A stretch of DNA of 64,000 nucleotides from Lingula anatina (Eukaryota; Animalia; Brachiopoda), in NCBI GenBank assembly GCA_051362555.1, contig CM120642.1, positions 124,001 through 188,000 on the forward strand, written 5' to 3'. The notes beneath the pieces were generated by a model. The model was not told where the DNA came from and did not search any database. It saw nothing but the letters and a program-made list of their open reading frames with translations. Positions 63,164 to 64,000 of the stretch are shown one piece after another. A program made the translations under genes and the position numbers. How positions within the stretch are numbered: the stretch's first letter is position 1; every line of letters begins with the position of its first letter.

Positions 63164-64000
63164 ATATTGCAGAAAGTGATTAAAACTGCAAAACTAGTTT
63201 TTTTTTCATATTTAGTCTGATTAAAATCACATCCGCAGGTGCTTCTTGTGCTGTACGACAGGCATGGCAAAACCGGTGTCATGTACCAGAAAGTCCCCCA
63301 CGACAGAGAGTCCGCTTCCCATTCATTTGTACATGTGAGCGTCGCCCTAGATTTTGACCTACGTAGGTCAAAATAAAGCCTCGGTCACAACCGGACGTAC
63401 GAATTTAGGATCGTACGACCCTTGCGAATTTTGGGTGCAGTGGAGGCCGTGGAGTTCGTAGAGCTAGAGGAAAGTTTGCAATGGAAGGGCTCAAGTCTGC
63501 CTTGGGAGTCGCAGGGTCCACGTAAAAAGCAGGGACGCTAATTGCAAGATGTACTCATTTCTTGAGTTTGTCTTGCTACCTGCGTACCTGGCACGCACTC
63601 ACCATTTATGAAAAGAATGCAAGAACGGCGAAAATAATTTCCTTTTGGTTCACACTTGCCTCACACGCTTGTATTGACGCACTGACCACGTACGTCATTT
63701 ATCCTCCTGTTCCCCCTTCTTTCTTTTTCCTCCTTCCTTCTTTTCTGTTCTCTTAGCTTCTTTTCCTTGCCTTTTGGAGGTATATTAGAAGCTGATATTA
63801 GAAGCAAATTTCGAAATTTTTGAAGTGTTGTACACGAGGCACAAGCGACGTCATTTGTCGAGACACGAGCGTGCATCGTGAGCACGCCCTTTATACTCCA
63901 CTTCCGCCGTGCTCTCGAATTTGTTCGTTAGCTGCGTCGTAATCAACATGCAAAGGACAATTGCTCCTTCATTGTTTAAGACGTGCGTCTTGGACCACGC

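Noticed and set aside
62220-64000. CpG-rich region with poly(A) tracts and the palindrome attttgacctacgtaggtcaaaat (~63351-63374)
   Set aside because: Probably TE-derived intronic sequence, but no paired termini, TSD or protein motif could be established within the window

Overview
AT-rich, intron-rich eukaryotic DNA, probably from an invertebrate animal (inference from gene structure and TE content). It is not prokaryotic, and most short six-frame ORFs are spurious. Three spliced genes lie on the minus strand. (1) The 5' part of a probable SUCO (SUN-domain ossification factor) gene with two alternative 5' arms (~1-13.6 kb). (2) A complete 7-exon ZMYND19 orthologue (18415-30235). (3) The 3' portion of a guanylate-binding protein (GBP) gene (48835-62076; its 5' exons are outside the window). 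Mobile DNA includes an intact, young BEL/Pao LTR retrotransposon (35387-43105) nested in a Helentron-like element, a non-autonomous CACTA/EnSpm element, a 7-bp-TSD TIR element, several MITEs, Tc1 relics and an RTE LINE tail. The most striking pattern is that several minisatellites are tandem amplifications of splice junctions on the sense strand of their host gene. These are an in-frame array of 14 splice donors that could tune a glycosylated S/T/N-rich domain, a 5x acceptor array in ZMYND19, a 4x donor array, a multiplied candidate micro-exon, and a ~40x branchpoint-polypyrimidine-AG array.
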